Assembly (NCBI GenBank): GCA_964605995.1
Contig: CAZSEN010000001.1
Location: forward strand, 1-43,844
Length of the DNA stretch: 43,844 bases
Source: an uncultured Candidatus Saccharibacteria bacterium
Lineage (GTDB): Bacteria; Patescibacteriota; Minisyncoccia; Phycocordibacterales; UBA9973
Direction: 5' to 3'
Of the stretch, positions 1 through 8,638 are shown in pieces; the stretch's first letter is position 1, and every line of letters begins with the position of its first letter. Made by a program: the position numbers and the translations under genes. The notes below the pieces were generated by a model. The model saw nothing but the letters and a program-made list of their open reading frames with translations. It ran no database searches and was not told the DNA's origin.

Positions 1-3
1 TTT

Positions 4-162
4 ATGTCACAAGATCGATTATTCAAACTTGCGTGCGGAACCTGCAAAAGAGTCAACTACTGGAGCAGTAAAAACAAGAAACTCGTCACTAAAAAGATCG
101 AGCTGAAAAAGTTTTGCAAATGGTGTAAGGCGCAGAAGCCTCATAAAGAGGCGAAAAAGTAA
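4..162 (+). CDS. rpmG: 50S ribosomal protein L33
   Basis: ATG at 4 and TAA at 160-162 give 52 aa: MSQDRLFKLACGTCKRVNYWSSKNKKLVTKKIELKKFCKWCKAQKPHKEAKK. Its size, basic composition and CxxC...CxxC zinc-ribbon pattern are typical of L33. It is under 60 aa, so it is absent from the ORF track. Confidence 0.85.
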   Translation: MSQDRLFKLACGTCKRVNYWSSKNKKLVTKKIELKKFCKWCKAQKPHKEAKK

Positions 163-163
163 A
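114..163 (+). repeat. Direct repeat copy 1 (attL-like), the functional 3' end of rpmG
   Basis: ttgcaaatggtgTaaggcgcagaagcctcataaagaggcgaaAaaGtaaa matches 38617-38666 at 47/50 positions. Confidence 0.75.
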
Positions 164-176
164 TAGTAGTGCAGAA

Positions 177-207
177 ACATCCGGTGAAAGCCGGGTGTTT
201 TTGTTTT
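177..207 (+). terminator. Rho-independent terminator after rpmG
   Basis: Stem acatccgg/ccgggtgt with loop tgaaag, followed by ttttgtttt. Confidence 0.6.
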
Positions 208-254
208 CGTGCAGGTCCGGTGCAGTCGAATTAAAAGATTAATCAAATAATTCT

Positions 255-473
255 ATGCGAATATTCAACATCTGCACCCGCTCCGATTTCACTAGCAAGG
301 ACGGGGACGCCAAGCGTAAGTATTACAAATCCGGCGAGCTTCACGTCGATGAATCTACAGGTCGTATGTTCATGCGCCTGTACCAGAATCCCGCGATCCG
401 CTATTACTTCTTCGACACGGAAGAGAAACTGCCAGAGATCGATGCCGATACAAATACAGAATTGCCTCAGTAA
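255..473 (+). CDS. Hypothetical protein (72 aa)
   Basis: ORF track only; it lies in a co-directional gene array and I recognise no motif. Confidence 0.4.
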   Translation: MRIFNICTRSDFTSKDGDAKRKYYKSGELHVDESTGRMFMRLYQNPAIRYYFFDTEEKLPEIDADTNTELPQ

Positions 474-508
474 TTCTTTGGTATTCCTTTATCACTAAGT
501 TACATCAC

Positions 509-955
509 ATGATCAAAACCACACCCGTTCCGAACGCGGTATTTGAATATATTCCATCGCTCTCGGAAGCAGAATTGAAATTGTATCTCATCATCCTTCG
601 CCAAACCCTGGGCTGGAAGACCGGGACAAACAAGCAGCGCAAAGTCTATGACTGGATTTCCGCATCGCAATTTCACAGCAAGACCGGACTTTCGCGCCGT
701 GCGGTCGGCACTGCTGTCCGCTCACTCACGTATCGCAACCTCATACTCGTAGCCGACGAGCATGGCAAAGTCTTGCACACTCCCAATGACCGAAAAGGTA
801 AAACCCGACTCTACTACCGCATCGCTGTGGATAACACAGGGGATAAGGCTGAGGATAACGAATCAACCTGCGCAAATTTTTCTCCTGAGATAAGCAAAAT
901 GGTTTCAGCACTTGCGCAGAAAATGCTTTGTACAAAAGAAACTCCTACAAAATAA
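509..955 (+). CDS. Replication-organiser-like winged-helix protein (phage RepO N-terminal-like)
   Basis: VPNAVFEYIPSLSEAELKLYLIILRQTLGW...DWISASQFHSKTGLSRRAVGTAVRSL matches the pattern I associate with phage/plasmid replication protein O-type wHTH domains. Confidence 0.55.
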   Translation: MIKTTPVPNAVFEYIPSLSEAELKLYLIILRQTLGWKTGTNKQRKVYDWISASQFHSKTGLSRRAVGTAVRSLTYRNLILVADEHGKVLHTPNDRKGKTRLYYRIAVDNTGDKAEDNESTCANFSPEISKMVSALAQKMLCTKETPTK

Positions 956-1541
956 ATTATTACAAAAACTAATGCGCCCTTCACAGGGCAAAAAAATACG
1001 CATGCCCAAAGAACCAACAAGGATATGGATCACCATTGAGAATAAGGATGTCATGGATTTTATCAGCCTGCGATCTGTGACGCACGACATGATCGCTCAC
1101 TTCTGCAGATATAATCCGCAGCTTGTCAGTGAAGCGGTACAGGCAATTACCACAAGACAAATGGCAGAACAGCGATTGGCTATTGCTCCAATCACGGCTC
1201 TGCAGCCAACACCCAAGGATGAGCACACCATCGAGTGTTTACTCCTTGTCGACGGAGATACTCGTGACATCGAGCGATATATCAACTTTGCGAAAGCGCG
1301 ACGCCTCCAGCAAGAATGCCCGGAAATGGAACCGACTGCATACGCGGCCATGAAAAAATCTGCGTTCAACCTCATGCGCAAGAATAAAATCCGAAACTTC
1401 TCGGAAGAAGAATTACACCGTGTTTTCAAACACGCGAAAGAACAGCTTTTGTACACATCGATTGTCCGCTCTGCAATCGAGGATGGTTTCACTATTGACA
1501 GCCTGTATGAACAAGACCGTGATCGCGGTCTTGGCAGATAA
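912..1541 (+). CDS. Hypothetical protein
   Basis: Long ORF co-directional with its neighbours. The track start overlaps the previous gene, so in-frame ATGs at 972 or 1002 are more likely starts. Confidence 0.5.
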   Translation: MRRKCFVQKKLLQNKLLQKLMRPSQGKKIRMPKEPTRIWITIENKDVMDFISLRSVTHDMIAHFCRYNPQLVSEAVQAITTRQMAEQRLAIAPITALQPTPKDEHTIECLLLVDGDTRDIERYINFAKARRLQQECPEMEPTAYAAMKKSAFNLMRKNKIRNFSEEELHRVFKHAKEQLLYTSIVRSAIEDGFTIDSLYEQDRDRGLGR

Positions 1542-1546
1542 TCGCC

Positions 1547-2335
1547 ATGTCCACACCGATTAGCTATTATGGCGGAAAGCAACGGCTTGTTCCTAAAATA
1601 TTACCGTTAATTCCTGAACACACTTCCTATATCGAACCTTTCGCTGGAGGAGCGGCAATTTTGTTCGCAAAACCAAAATCGAAGGTGGAGGTAATCAATG
1701 ACACGAACAGCGAAGTAATTCTGTTTTACAAAGTAGTTAAAACAAGATTCGCTCAATTACAAAAGGAGATCCGCGCTACGTTGCACAGTCGAGAACTGCA
1801 CCGTAAAGCGAAATTCATTTACGAGCACCCCCTCCTCTTCAGCGACATTGAACGCGCCTGGGCGCTGTGGGTGAATTCGGTCATGAGTTATTCATCGATT
1901 CTCGGTAGCACATGGTCGTGCGGTTTTGACAGTGCAACAACTGAAAAGAAAGTGCATTCAAAAAAGTTGTCGTTCACGAAAGAATTGGCAGAGCGATTGG
2001 AACTTGTCCAGATCGAATCGCGTGACGCGCTGGAAGTGATTTTAACGCGTGATAATCCCACCGCCGTGTTTTACTGCGATCCGCCCTATGTAGGAACGTC
2101 CTGCGGGCATTATGGGGGTTATACGCGGGATGATTTTGAGAAACTGCTGAAAGTCTTGGCGAAAATCAAAGGGAAGTTCTTGCTTTCATCCTTTCCATCC
2201 GATTTATTGGAGAAATACTCAAGAAAGTATAAATGGAAAACGAAGATCATCGAAACCAATCTCTGCGTACAGGGAGCGAAGAAGAACGGAAGAAGAAAAA
2301 CAGAAGTGCTGACGGCAAATTATCCGATTAACTAA
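1547..2335 (+). CDS. DNA adenine methyltransferase, Dam/D12 class (orphan)
   Basis: N-terminal YYGGKQRLVPKILPLIPEHTSYIEPFAGGAAILF (AdoMet motif) and FYCDPPY (catalytic DPPY). No adjacent endonuclease gene. Confidence 0.9.
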   Translation: MSTPISYYGGKQRLVPKILPLIPEHTSYIEPFAGGAAILFAKPKSKVEVINDTNSEVILFYKVVKTRFAQLQKEIRATLHSRELHRKAKFIYEHPLLFSDIERAWALWVNSVMSYSSILGSTWSCGFDSATTEKKVHSKKLSFTKELAERLELVQIESRDALEVILTRDNPTAVFYCDPPYVGTSCGHYGGYTRDDFEKLLKVLAKIKGKFLLSSFPSDLLEKYSRKYKWKTKIIETNLCVQGAKKNGRRKTEVLTANYPIN

Positions 2336-2342
2336 TTCACCC

Positions 2343-2603
2343 ATGAAAAATAAAACACGAGATTGGACAGAACCCGAACACCTGCATCAAGGAGATTGGC
2401 AGGTACTCAAAGAAATCAAGCGACTACATGAGCTAGGAGAAATGCAGGAAGCTATGTCGGTGGCAAGAGAGACTGATACAATTGTGCGCGAAGAAATCCC
2501 GCCGCAGGTATGGCTCGACATTGGAGGAGCATTGACTCCGACTGGAATTGAGAAATTACGAAAAAGTAAGGAAGCCATGAAGGGCAAATCAAAAGAGAGA
2601 TAA
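2343..2603 (+). CDS. Hypothetical protein (86 aa)
   Basis: ORF track; sits 8 nt after the methyltransferase gene. Confidence 0.45.
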   Translation: MKNKTRDWTEPEHLHQGDWQVLKEIKRLHELGEMQEAMSVARETDTIVREEIPPQVWLDIGGALTPTGIEKLRKSKEAMKGKSKER

Positions 2604-2606
2604 TAC

Positions 2607-2640
2607 AAAAAGCCCGCACCAGTCCGGTGTCGGGCTTTGT
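2607..2640. terminator. Bidirectional terminator between convergent genes
   Basis: aaaa-agcccgcacc-agtcc-ggtgtcgggct-ttgt hairpin between 2343-2603 (+) and 2655-3230 (-). Confidence 0.55.
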
Positions 2641-2654
2641 AGCTGCGGGTCTTC

Positions 2655-3230
2655 TCAGTTCAGCCCGATTGCTTCTTCATCCTCAAACAAGTCGTCGTCA
2701 AATTCCATGACAATAATATTTTCAATCGGAATAAACGACTCTTCGCCGTCGTCATCTTCAAGATTCAAGAACCGCAGGGGTGAGGTTTCGTCGTCAAGGG
2801 CAAAGTGCGCTAGGCATCCAGCATCCAGATCATAATACAATGACGGATTTTCACTTTCTTCGTCATCCGATGCTCCGCCTTTGTGATATATGATCGCTTT
2901 CGGCAGATTGTCGGCAGGCTCATCGTCGTCTTCGATCTCCTCCGTTCCAACAAGCACCCCGAAATTATCACGATATGCCATTGCATCGCCTCGTATGCTG
3001 TCGGTCCGGTCGAAACAGAATGTGACGCGTGCGATCTCGTTCGTGCGTATCGCTACTTTGCGGTTCAATGAAGTCTCGAAACCCAGAAAGGGAAGCGTCT
3101 CGGCATTGAGCAAAAGCTCCATCAGGTTCTGCTTGTTCTCGGTATCGATAGCGTACAGAAGAACTTTACCCCTGAGCAACTCAATGCGAAGCGTATAGGT
3201 GACTCGTTTGTCGAATTCGATTTGTTTCAT
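2655..3230 (-). CDS. Highly acidic protein (possible DNA-mimic / anti-restriction protein)
   Basis: By my count the C-terminal ~97 residues contain 33 Asp/Glu against 3 Lys/Arg (EDDDEP, SDDEESE, LEDDDGEE, EFDDDLFEDEE). Confidence 0.6.
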   Translation of the reverse strand: MKQIEFDKRVTYTLRIELLRGKVLLYAIDTENKQNLMELLLNAETLPFLGFETSLNRKVAIRTNEIARVTFCFDRTDSIRGDAMAYRDNFGVLVGTEEIEDDDEPADNLPKAIIYHKGGASDDEESENPSLYYDLDAGCLAHFALDDETSPLRFLNLEDDDGEESFIPIENIIVMEFDDDLFEDEEAIGLN

Positions 3231-3394
3231 ACTCTATTTTTTAATATGGTTAGCTAATTTAATACAAAGAAAAACGCATTGAACCTGTGCCCTTGAAGTA
3301 TATCCGCAAGGGTCGAGAAATGCCAAGTGCAGAGACCCTTCTTTTTCTGACCGATTAAAAAAGCCCGACGTTTTAACATCAGGTCTTTGTGCGT

Positions 3395-3616
3395 TTACGT
3401 AACGGCGGAATCGACAATAACTTTTCTGATCTCGATTTTCCCTTGTACGCAAGTGATCTCCACTTCGTCATTGACATTGAAGCCATACCGCTCAAGATAC
3501 AATCCGCTCAACCTGATTACCGGATGAGTGATCGTTCGCGTTCTCCGGCGAGCATGAAAGACCTGGACTTTTTGGTGTGAATGACGAAATAAACTTACTC
3601 CTTTGAATGAATCCAT
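3395..3616 (-). CDS. SymE-family (AbrB/SpoVT-fold) toxin-like protein
   Basis: HPVIRLSGLYLERYGFNVNDEVEITCVQGKIEIRKV fits the SymE pattern (P.I.L.G.WL...GF..G..V.V....G.I.I). The start is taken at the ATG at 3616 (MDSFKG...); the track ORF extends to 3706. Confidence 0.6.
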   Translation of the reverse strand: MDSFKGVSLFRHSHQKVQVFHARRRTRTITHPVIRLSGLYLERYGFNVNDEVEITCVQGKIEIRKVIVDSAVT

Positions 3617-3692
3617 ACGTTTTGTTTTTGAATGAACTCGGAGGAGCATAGCTCTGTAGCAGAAAATTGGAAGGGGATAACCCTTCCTACTC

Positions 3693-4232
3693 TTATCTGT
3701 CATCAAAAGCTATCTGATCGATAATCGAATCAAGAAACTCCACTCGTTCTTTGTTCATGATCAACGGCTTCTTGTTGACAGCAGACTTCAAGCGACCATC
3801 ACGATCAAAGGCACGTTCGTATTTATCTACGAAGTGTTCAAAGATCACGCCGTGCCACGTGTCAAATATTCTCAGTAGCTTTCTCCTTCGCAGGGCTTTC
3901 AGAATATAGAATACATCGTTGTTATTTCCTCCCATGATCAAGGGTTCAGTAAGCAGATACTCGCTCGTCAGATGCTCCTTGAAATGTTTTTCGTCGTTCG
4001 CAATAATCAACCGATGCAATTGGCTGAAATTATAGAACGAGTGCAGCGATTTTTCCGAACCGATCCACTGGATGGTATTGCGTACACCAAGCGGCACAGG
4101 GCTGAAATCAAATTCGGAATTGCGGAGTCGTTTCTCGAATTCAGCGGGACTCTGCCTTTTTGTTTCTTCCAAAAGAAATGTGAGCAGAGCAAGGAGATTT
4201 TGCTGCGTAAATGGTGATTGAGACTTTTTCAT
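3693..4232 (-). CDS. Hypothetical protein (179 aa), immediately upstream of the SymE-like gene
   Basis: ORF track; no recognised motif. Confidence 0.5.
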   Translation of the reverse strand: MKKSQSPFTQQNLLALLTFLLEETKRQSPAEFEKRLRNSEFDFSPVPLGVRNTIQWIGSEKSLHSFYNFSQLHRLIIANDEKHFKEHLTSEYLLTEPLIMGGNNNDVFYILKALRRRKLLRIFDTWHGVIFEHFVDKYERAFDRDGRLKSAVNKKPLIMNKERVEFLDSIIDQIAFDDR

Positions 4233-4394
4233 GGTGCACAGTTATTAAGAGTGAGCGCCCATGAAACAAACGTCTATCAATAATCCTCAATACAAGTAAA
4301 AAACTTGCATTTTTACTAGCAAAATGTATTGTACATTAGCTAGTGAGATAGTCAGTCTATTTCATCAAGCCCAAAGGGGAGACCCTTTGCAGAG

Positions 4395-4424
4395 CCGATT
4401 GTCCCCCACGGACAGTCGGTTTTT
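4395..4424 (+). terminator. Terminator-like hairpin in a long non-coding region
   Basis: ccgattgtcc-cccac-ggacagtcgg followed by ttttt. It is preceded by a GAGA-tetraloop hairpin at 4372-4389. Confidence 0.45.
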
Positions 4425-5100
4425 GTATATATAGAGCCGAACATTTTTCGGCGACTCATTTACATTGTACCATACAATGACCAGCAGTCAAGTTGGTGCT
4501 TATTACCTATTATGGGAAGGGATTTACACCTTAAAGAATTCGAACGAGAAAGTTGTTCGAATTATGGCAAATAGCCATTCCCATTAACAATGCGGAGCTT
4601 TCTCCGCTCAAGTGCCATGGATGCTTTAAGGTGTGCTTTACAAAGATGACCCATTTCCTCAATAACCTCCAAGTGCTTGTTAGTCTTTTCATGTCAATGT
4701 TAATAAGTCGAGTATTCATTCGAACAAATCAAAAACTTTACGGCAAATAGATTCCAGCACGAGAATTGGATTCAATAAACGATACGCAGCATCGTTCATG
4801 GATTGCAATCCTCACTATTCAATATTTGCGGTATTTCAGAAATAGTTTTCCAAAATGGCTACTAGAAAGCCAAACTACTGCGCTGGGCGCGTTCAAGGAT
4901 TAGAAGCAATCCTTATTTCTGAAGTCTGTTGTAGAAACTACATTTTCCCGATATAGTGGAATGGATTTCCATTTTGCCTGCAAGGAGCCTCACTATCCGA
5001 ACGATTTATATTGGCAAAATCTACTAAGACAAATCTATTTCAATATTTTCAATTAAGCAATACTCATTCTAAATTCAGTTGACATTTAATATTTTTTGTA

Positions 5101-6273
5101 GTGCAGAATAAAGCAATATTGACTCTATACCCCACAGAGTTACCATGCCTCTCGGAAAAACAAAAACCGATAGACATGAAAAAGAAAACAAGTTCATTAA
5201 TTCCTGCCGCAGCGATCCCCGTTGCAGAAACCAAGCCATTCGGAAAGACCTTTACCATCAAAGGCGAATCACTTTCGCCCGGGCCGAACCTGCCTGATGA
5301 TGTGAAGGCAGTGGCAAAACCATTCAAGTCTCAAGCGGAACTGACCAAGCTGGTTCTCAGCAACCGCGCCATTCTCTTCGGAGAACAAAGCATCGGGCTT
5401 AATCCCAAAGTGGGTGATTCCTTATTACCCTGGGACGCGTTCCTGTTCGACTTCAGTGCTCCAATGAAACCCGAATGCTATGTCATCAAGACGGCAATCG
5501 AAAGCAAGGATTTCATGGGGTTTATTGCCTCGATGACCAAAGTGTTCGCATCCGTGCGCCACCTTGAAAATCGTAGAGAACTGGTAAATACCATTGGACG
5601 CACGATGAGCAAAGACAAGCGGCTGCAAAGCAACATTGAGAAGTACTACAGCAAAGGATACACAATTGCTGAACTTCTCGAACAGACGTTCCTCAGAAAA
5701 CCGCAGGTGTTATTGCTAACTGACGACATTCACTGGATTCCGCTTGGATTTGCTTCTGCGTATCCTGAAACGTGGGGCGATATGCTCAAGTGCATTCACT
5801 TGCAAAAGTACCAGATGGGCAAAACAATGATCCTTTCCATGAACCCTCCGTTTGCGGAGCTAAAGGAAAAGCCGAAGACAACGGTTCCTGCGAAGGAGCG
5901 GGTCATTCACACCGAAGCCGATCATCTGGCGAAAGCGTCCGACCTTTCCCGTACTATGTATGAGAAACAGAAGGCTGACATTCTCAAGATCGACAAGTCT
6001 GTTGTCTTCAACGCAAAGGGCAAGCATTACATCTCGGTCAAGAAGGGAAGCGGCAGGAATCTTGCGTTCTTCCACTTTCGCAAGAGCGGAATTTATCTCG
6101 TTGTGATGCTTGAAGAGAAGATTGTCCGGAAGATGGTGAAGAAGGCAGAGATCAAAAGCCTACCGGAGTCAGTGCAGAAATTCTGGAATGGTAAATCTAC
6201 CGGTCTCATTATTTCACACGCAGATCAGTTCAAGGAAATCTCGGAAGTTTTCAAAAAGCTGATCAAGCAGTAA
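5101..6273 (+). CDS. Hypothetical protein (C-terminal region resembles DUF5655-type domains)
   Basis: Long ORF with a GTG start in the track; the ATG at 5176 (MKKKTSS) is an alternative. The C-terminal KHYISVKKGSGRNLAFFHFRKSGIYLVV resembles DUF5655-like modules, from memory. Confidence 0.5.
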   Translation: MQNKAILTLYPTELPCLSEKQKPIDMKKKTSSLIPAAAIPVAETKPFGKTFTIKGESLSPGPNLPDDVKAVAKPFKSQAELTKLVLSNRAILFGEQSIGLNPKVGDSLLPWDAFLFDFSAPMKPECYVIKTAIESKDFMGFIASMTKVFASVRHLENRRELVNTIGRTMSKDKRLQSNIEKYYSKGYTIAELLEQTFLRKPQVLLLTDDIHWIPLGFASAYPETWGDMLKCIHLQKYQMGKTMILSMNPPFAELKEKPKTTVPAKERVIHTEADHLAKASDLSRTMYEKQKADILKIDKSVVFNAKGKHYISVKKGSGRNLAFFHFRKSGIYLVVMLEEKIVRKMVKKAEIKSLPESVQKFWNGKSTGLIISHADQFKEISEVFKKLIKQ

Positions 6274-6287
6274 GAGTTCCTTTTCAA

Positions 6288-6311
6288 AGAGTCGCGATGC
6301 GGCTCTTTTTT
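6288..6311 (+). terminator. Rho-independent terminator
   Basis: agagtcgc-gat-gcggctct followed by a T-run, 15 nt after the stop of 5101-6273. Confidence 0.55.
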
Positions 6312-6339
6312 GATGTGGTTGACGCAGTTCTGGACATGG

Positions 6340-6365
6340 GGTCAACTGCGACAACCATAACCGGA
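6340..6365 (+). repeat. Recurrent motif, copy A (ggtcaactgcgacaaccataaccgga)
   Basis: 23/26 identical to 17817-17842. Its 15-mer caactgcgacaacca recurs exactly at 19317-19331. Confidence 0.7.
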
Positions 6366-6400
6366 ATGGTGTTAAATAGCTTCGTAGAAAATTAAATACC

Positions 6401-6721
6401 ATGAACAACTTTCCAGAAGATTCCGAACGTAAAGCACAACGCATTTCCTCTGCTCGCCATTTTGACCTTAACAGTCTCCTGAAAGATCATTTCACGGGTG
6501 GCGGCGAACTCAACGAAGAACGAGGACGATTACTTGCGCTCTTTCTCTTTGAAAAACCGTATGTGCTTTCATATGAATACCGCAAGAAATCATCCGGGTA
6601 TAAAAAAGACAAGCCAGTTCTCGCTATGCTTGTTCGCGATGGACTGATTCGCCAAGTAGAGAAAACACGCAAGACAATCCTGTTTCAATACATCGGCGAA
6701 GTGCCGGAAGGGAAAGAATAA
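6401..6721 (+). CDS. Hypothetical protein (106 aa)
   Basis: ORF track. Its stop overlaps the next start (TAATG). Confidence 0.45.
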   Translation: MNNFPEDSERKAQRISSARHFDLNSLLKDHFTGGGELNEERGRLLALFLFEKPYVLSYEYRKKSSGYKKDKPVLAMLVRDGLIRQVEKTRKTILFQYIGEVPEGKE

Positions 6722-6993
6722 TGTTTGCAATGGAATTCATCCCGATCAGCATACTACGAGAGTTCTCCGGATACCGCGACCGGCGGTCCATCAAGCGATG
6801 GGCACTTTCGCTTGGAATCATCCTGCACAAAGTCGGAAAGAACTGGTGCGTTGTGCGAAGTGAACTTGATCAGGCTCTCTCAATAAAATACAGTCGCACC
6901 TCATTGTCGATTCCGCCGTCCAAACACAAAGCAACCAATTCCTGCGAACAAGCATTCCTAAACGACTTGCAAGAATTTCTTTCTGATTTATGA
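6721..6993 (+). CDS. Excisionase-like HTH protein (tentative)
   Basis: 90 aa, directly upstream of the integrase. ISILREFSGYRDRRSIKRWALSLGIILHKVGKNWCVVRSELDQAL resembles MerR/HTH_17 excisionases. Confidence 0.4.
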   Translation: MFAMEFIPISILREFSGYRDRRSIKRWALSLGIILHKVGKNWCVVRSELDQALSIKYSRTSLSIPPSKHKATNSCEQAFLNDLQEFLSDL

Positions 6994-7002
6994 TGGCTTG
7001 CC

Positions 7003-8445
7003 GTGAAGAAAAAGAAACCCATCAACGAAAAACCGAATGTATCTATCCCTGGACTCCGGATACGGTGTAAAAAATGCAATACATGGGTTTCCAAATGCGC
7101 GGAGACTGGCGCCGATTTGAAAGAGTGTCCGCATAAGGAGCAACTGACCTATCTCGCCGTAATCCATCTTCCCGGCACGAAACACGGACGCGTAGTGCGT
7201 GAACTGGGTAGTGATCTCTCAACAGCCGTTACCAAACTCGCTGCGCTAAAGGAGCAGGTCCGACATGGCAATGTGCCGAAGCAAAAAGGGAAGTCACAAG
7301 TCCACAATCCTCCCGTCTTACGACAACTATCTCCGGTTGTTGTTTCCCCTGTTGCTGAAAATCAGATTACGCTTGTCACTGCCATGAGCAAGTACATCAG
7401 TTTTTTGAATAATGTCGATACGCCAAAACATTTGCATCGCGAGCGCTCCAAGCACTACAAGGACGATATTACACGGGCGTTCAAATACTTCTGCGGTTGC
7501 CTGAAGAAAGCAGGATACGCGGTTGATAGTTATCCGCTTTCAAGTCTTTCAGATACCGAAGTGGGTTTCTTTTATCAATACCTCATCGACGAGAAAAATT
7601 CTTCTCCTTTCACCTACAATCGCTACCTCACCTACTTCACGTCGTTCCTGGCGTGGGCGCAGAAGAAAGGATATTCAGTCAAGAATGTTTTTGAGGATGT
7701 ACCGCGCCTCGACACCGAACCTGATTCAAAGTCCATAAGTCGTGAAAATTATGAGCAGATGCTTTCGCTTGTGACGCATGAGAACGGTTTCCAGCATTTT
7801 CCGGGAAAGAAAAAAGAAGCCCGCAATGTTTACAGGGATTTTTTAGTTACTGGCTATCGCATCGGTTTGATGACTGGACGCAGAACTGAGGAAGTAATAA
7901 GTCTTCGTTTTTCCGACATTGATGACGAGGCCATGACTATTCGTGTTGAGGACTTCAAACCGAACCGCATTCTGAATCGGCAAGGTGCAAAGAAGAAGTT
8001 TATCTACGTTCCAATTACCAAACAACTTCGCACCTTGATCGATACGCTCGGTTATGAGGAACACAAAGGAACAGATCGCCATTTGCTTGCGCCTGAAATT
8101 GTGACAAATCGGGTTGCTAACATCAGCGATGCGCTCTCCCGCAGTTTTTCCCATTACTACAAGCAACTGAACACCGGCGAAGTGTTAACCTGGAAATCCT
8201 TACGCAAAACATATCTCACGCGCCTGAAAATTTTCCTGCAACAGGGTTCAAGCAAGATCGACGTGAAAGACATTTCCAATCATTCAGGGGATGCGGTGCT
8301 CGACAAACACTACTTCGACAAACGACTCATCGCTGCCGCGCTTGCTGAATCGGGTTTTGAAGTTTTCCCATCGTGGGAAGAGGAGTTGGTGCGGGTTCGG
8401 TCTTTGTCAAAACAAAAATCGAACGAAAAAGAAATCGGACTTTGA
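7003..8445 (+). CDS. Tyrosine recombinase / integrase (large, CTn/IME type)
   Basis: 480 aa. GLMTGRRTEEVISLRFSDI (catalytic Arg box), LRKTYLTRL, and HSGDAVLDKHY (His...Tyr) at the C-terminus. Confidence 0.9.
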   Translation: MKKKKPINEKPNVSIPGLRIRCKKCNTWVSKCAETGADLKECPHKEQLTYLAVIHLPGTKHGRVVRELGSDLSTAVTKLAALKEQVRHGNVPKQKGKSQVHNPPVLRQLSPVVVSPVAENQITLVTAMSKYISFLNNVDTPKHLHRERSKHYKDDITRAFKYFCGCLKKAGYAVDSYPLSSLSDTEVGFFYQYLIDEKNSSPFTYNRYLTYFTSFLAWAQKKGYSVKNVFEDVPRLDTEPDSKSISRENYEQMLSLVTHENGFQHFPGKKKEARNVYRDFLVTGYRIGLMTGRRTEEVISLRFSDIDDEAMTIRVEDFKPNRILNRQGAKKKFIYVPITKQLRTLIDTLGYEEHKGTDRHLLAPEIVTNRVANISDALSRSFSHYYKQLNTGEVLTWKSLRKTYLTRLKIFLQQGSSKIDVKDISNHSGDAVLDKHYFDKRLIAAALAESGFEVFPSWEEELVRVRSLSKQKSNEKEIGL

Positions 8446-8540
8446 CCGTTTCCGCACAAACCGTCCGCACAAACTCTCGTCCATGTGCGGACGCAGCGCT
8501 TCTTACCTGACCATCCACGCTATCTTTATCCAACAAAAAA

Positions 8541-8576
8541 ACGGCGCGTTTTCCCTCTGAAAACGCGCCGTTTTTG
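8541..8576 (+). terminator. Terminator-like hairpin downstream of the integrase
   Basis: acggcgcgtttt-ccctctg-aaaacgcgccgt followed by tttt. Confidence 0.5.
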
Positions 8577-8583
8577 ACTTTTG

Positions 8584-8638
8584 TACCCGAGACGGGACTT
8601 GAACCCGTACGGCCGTGAGGCCAAGGGATTTTAAGTCC
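8584..8638 (-). other. 3' half of a tRNA-Leu(UAA)-like sequence (not a complete tRNA)
   Basis: The minus strand reads gga-cttaaaa-tccct, then a long variable arm ggcc-tcac-ggcc, T-arm acggg-ttcaagt-cccgt and acceptor ctcgggt-a. No D-arm or 5' acceptor sequence lies upstream. Confidence 0.7.

Noticed and set aside
1097-1582. 161-aa minus-strand ORF
   Set aside because: It is fully antisense to the co-directional plus-strand gene array (912-1541 and the Dam start), and its Arg/Ser/Cys-rich composition is typical of shadow ORFs.
8584-8638. A functional tRNA-Leu(UAA) gene
   Set aside because: Only the anticodon loop through the 3' acceptor strand is tRNA-like. The upstream sequence cannot form the D-arm or pair with the acceptor strand, so I treat it as an att core.
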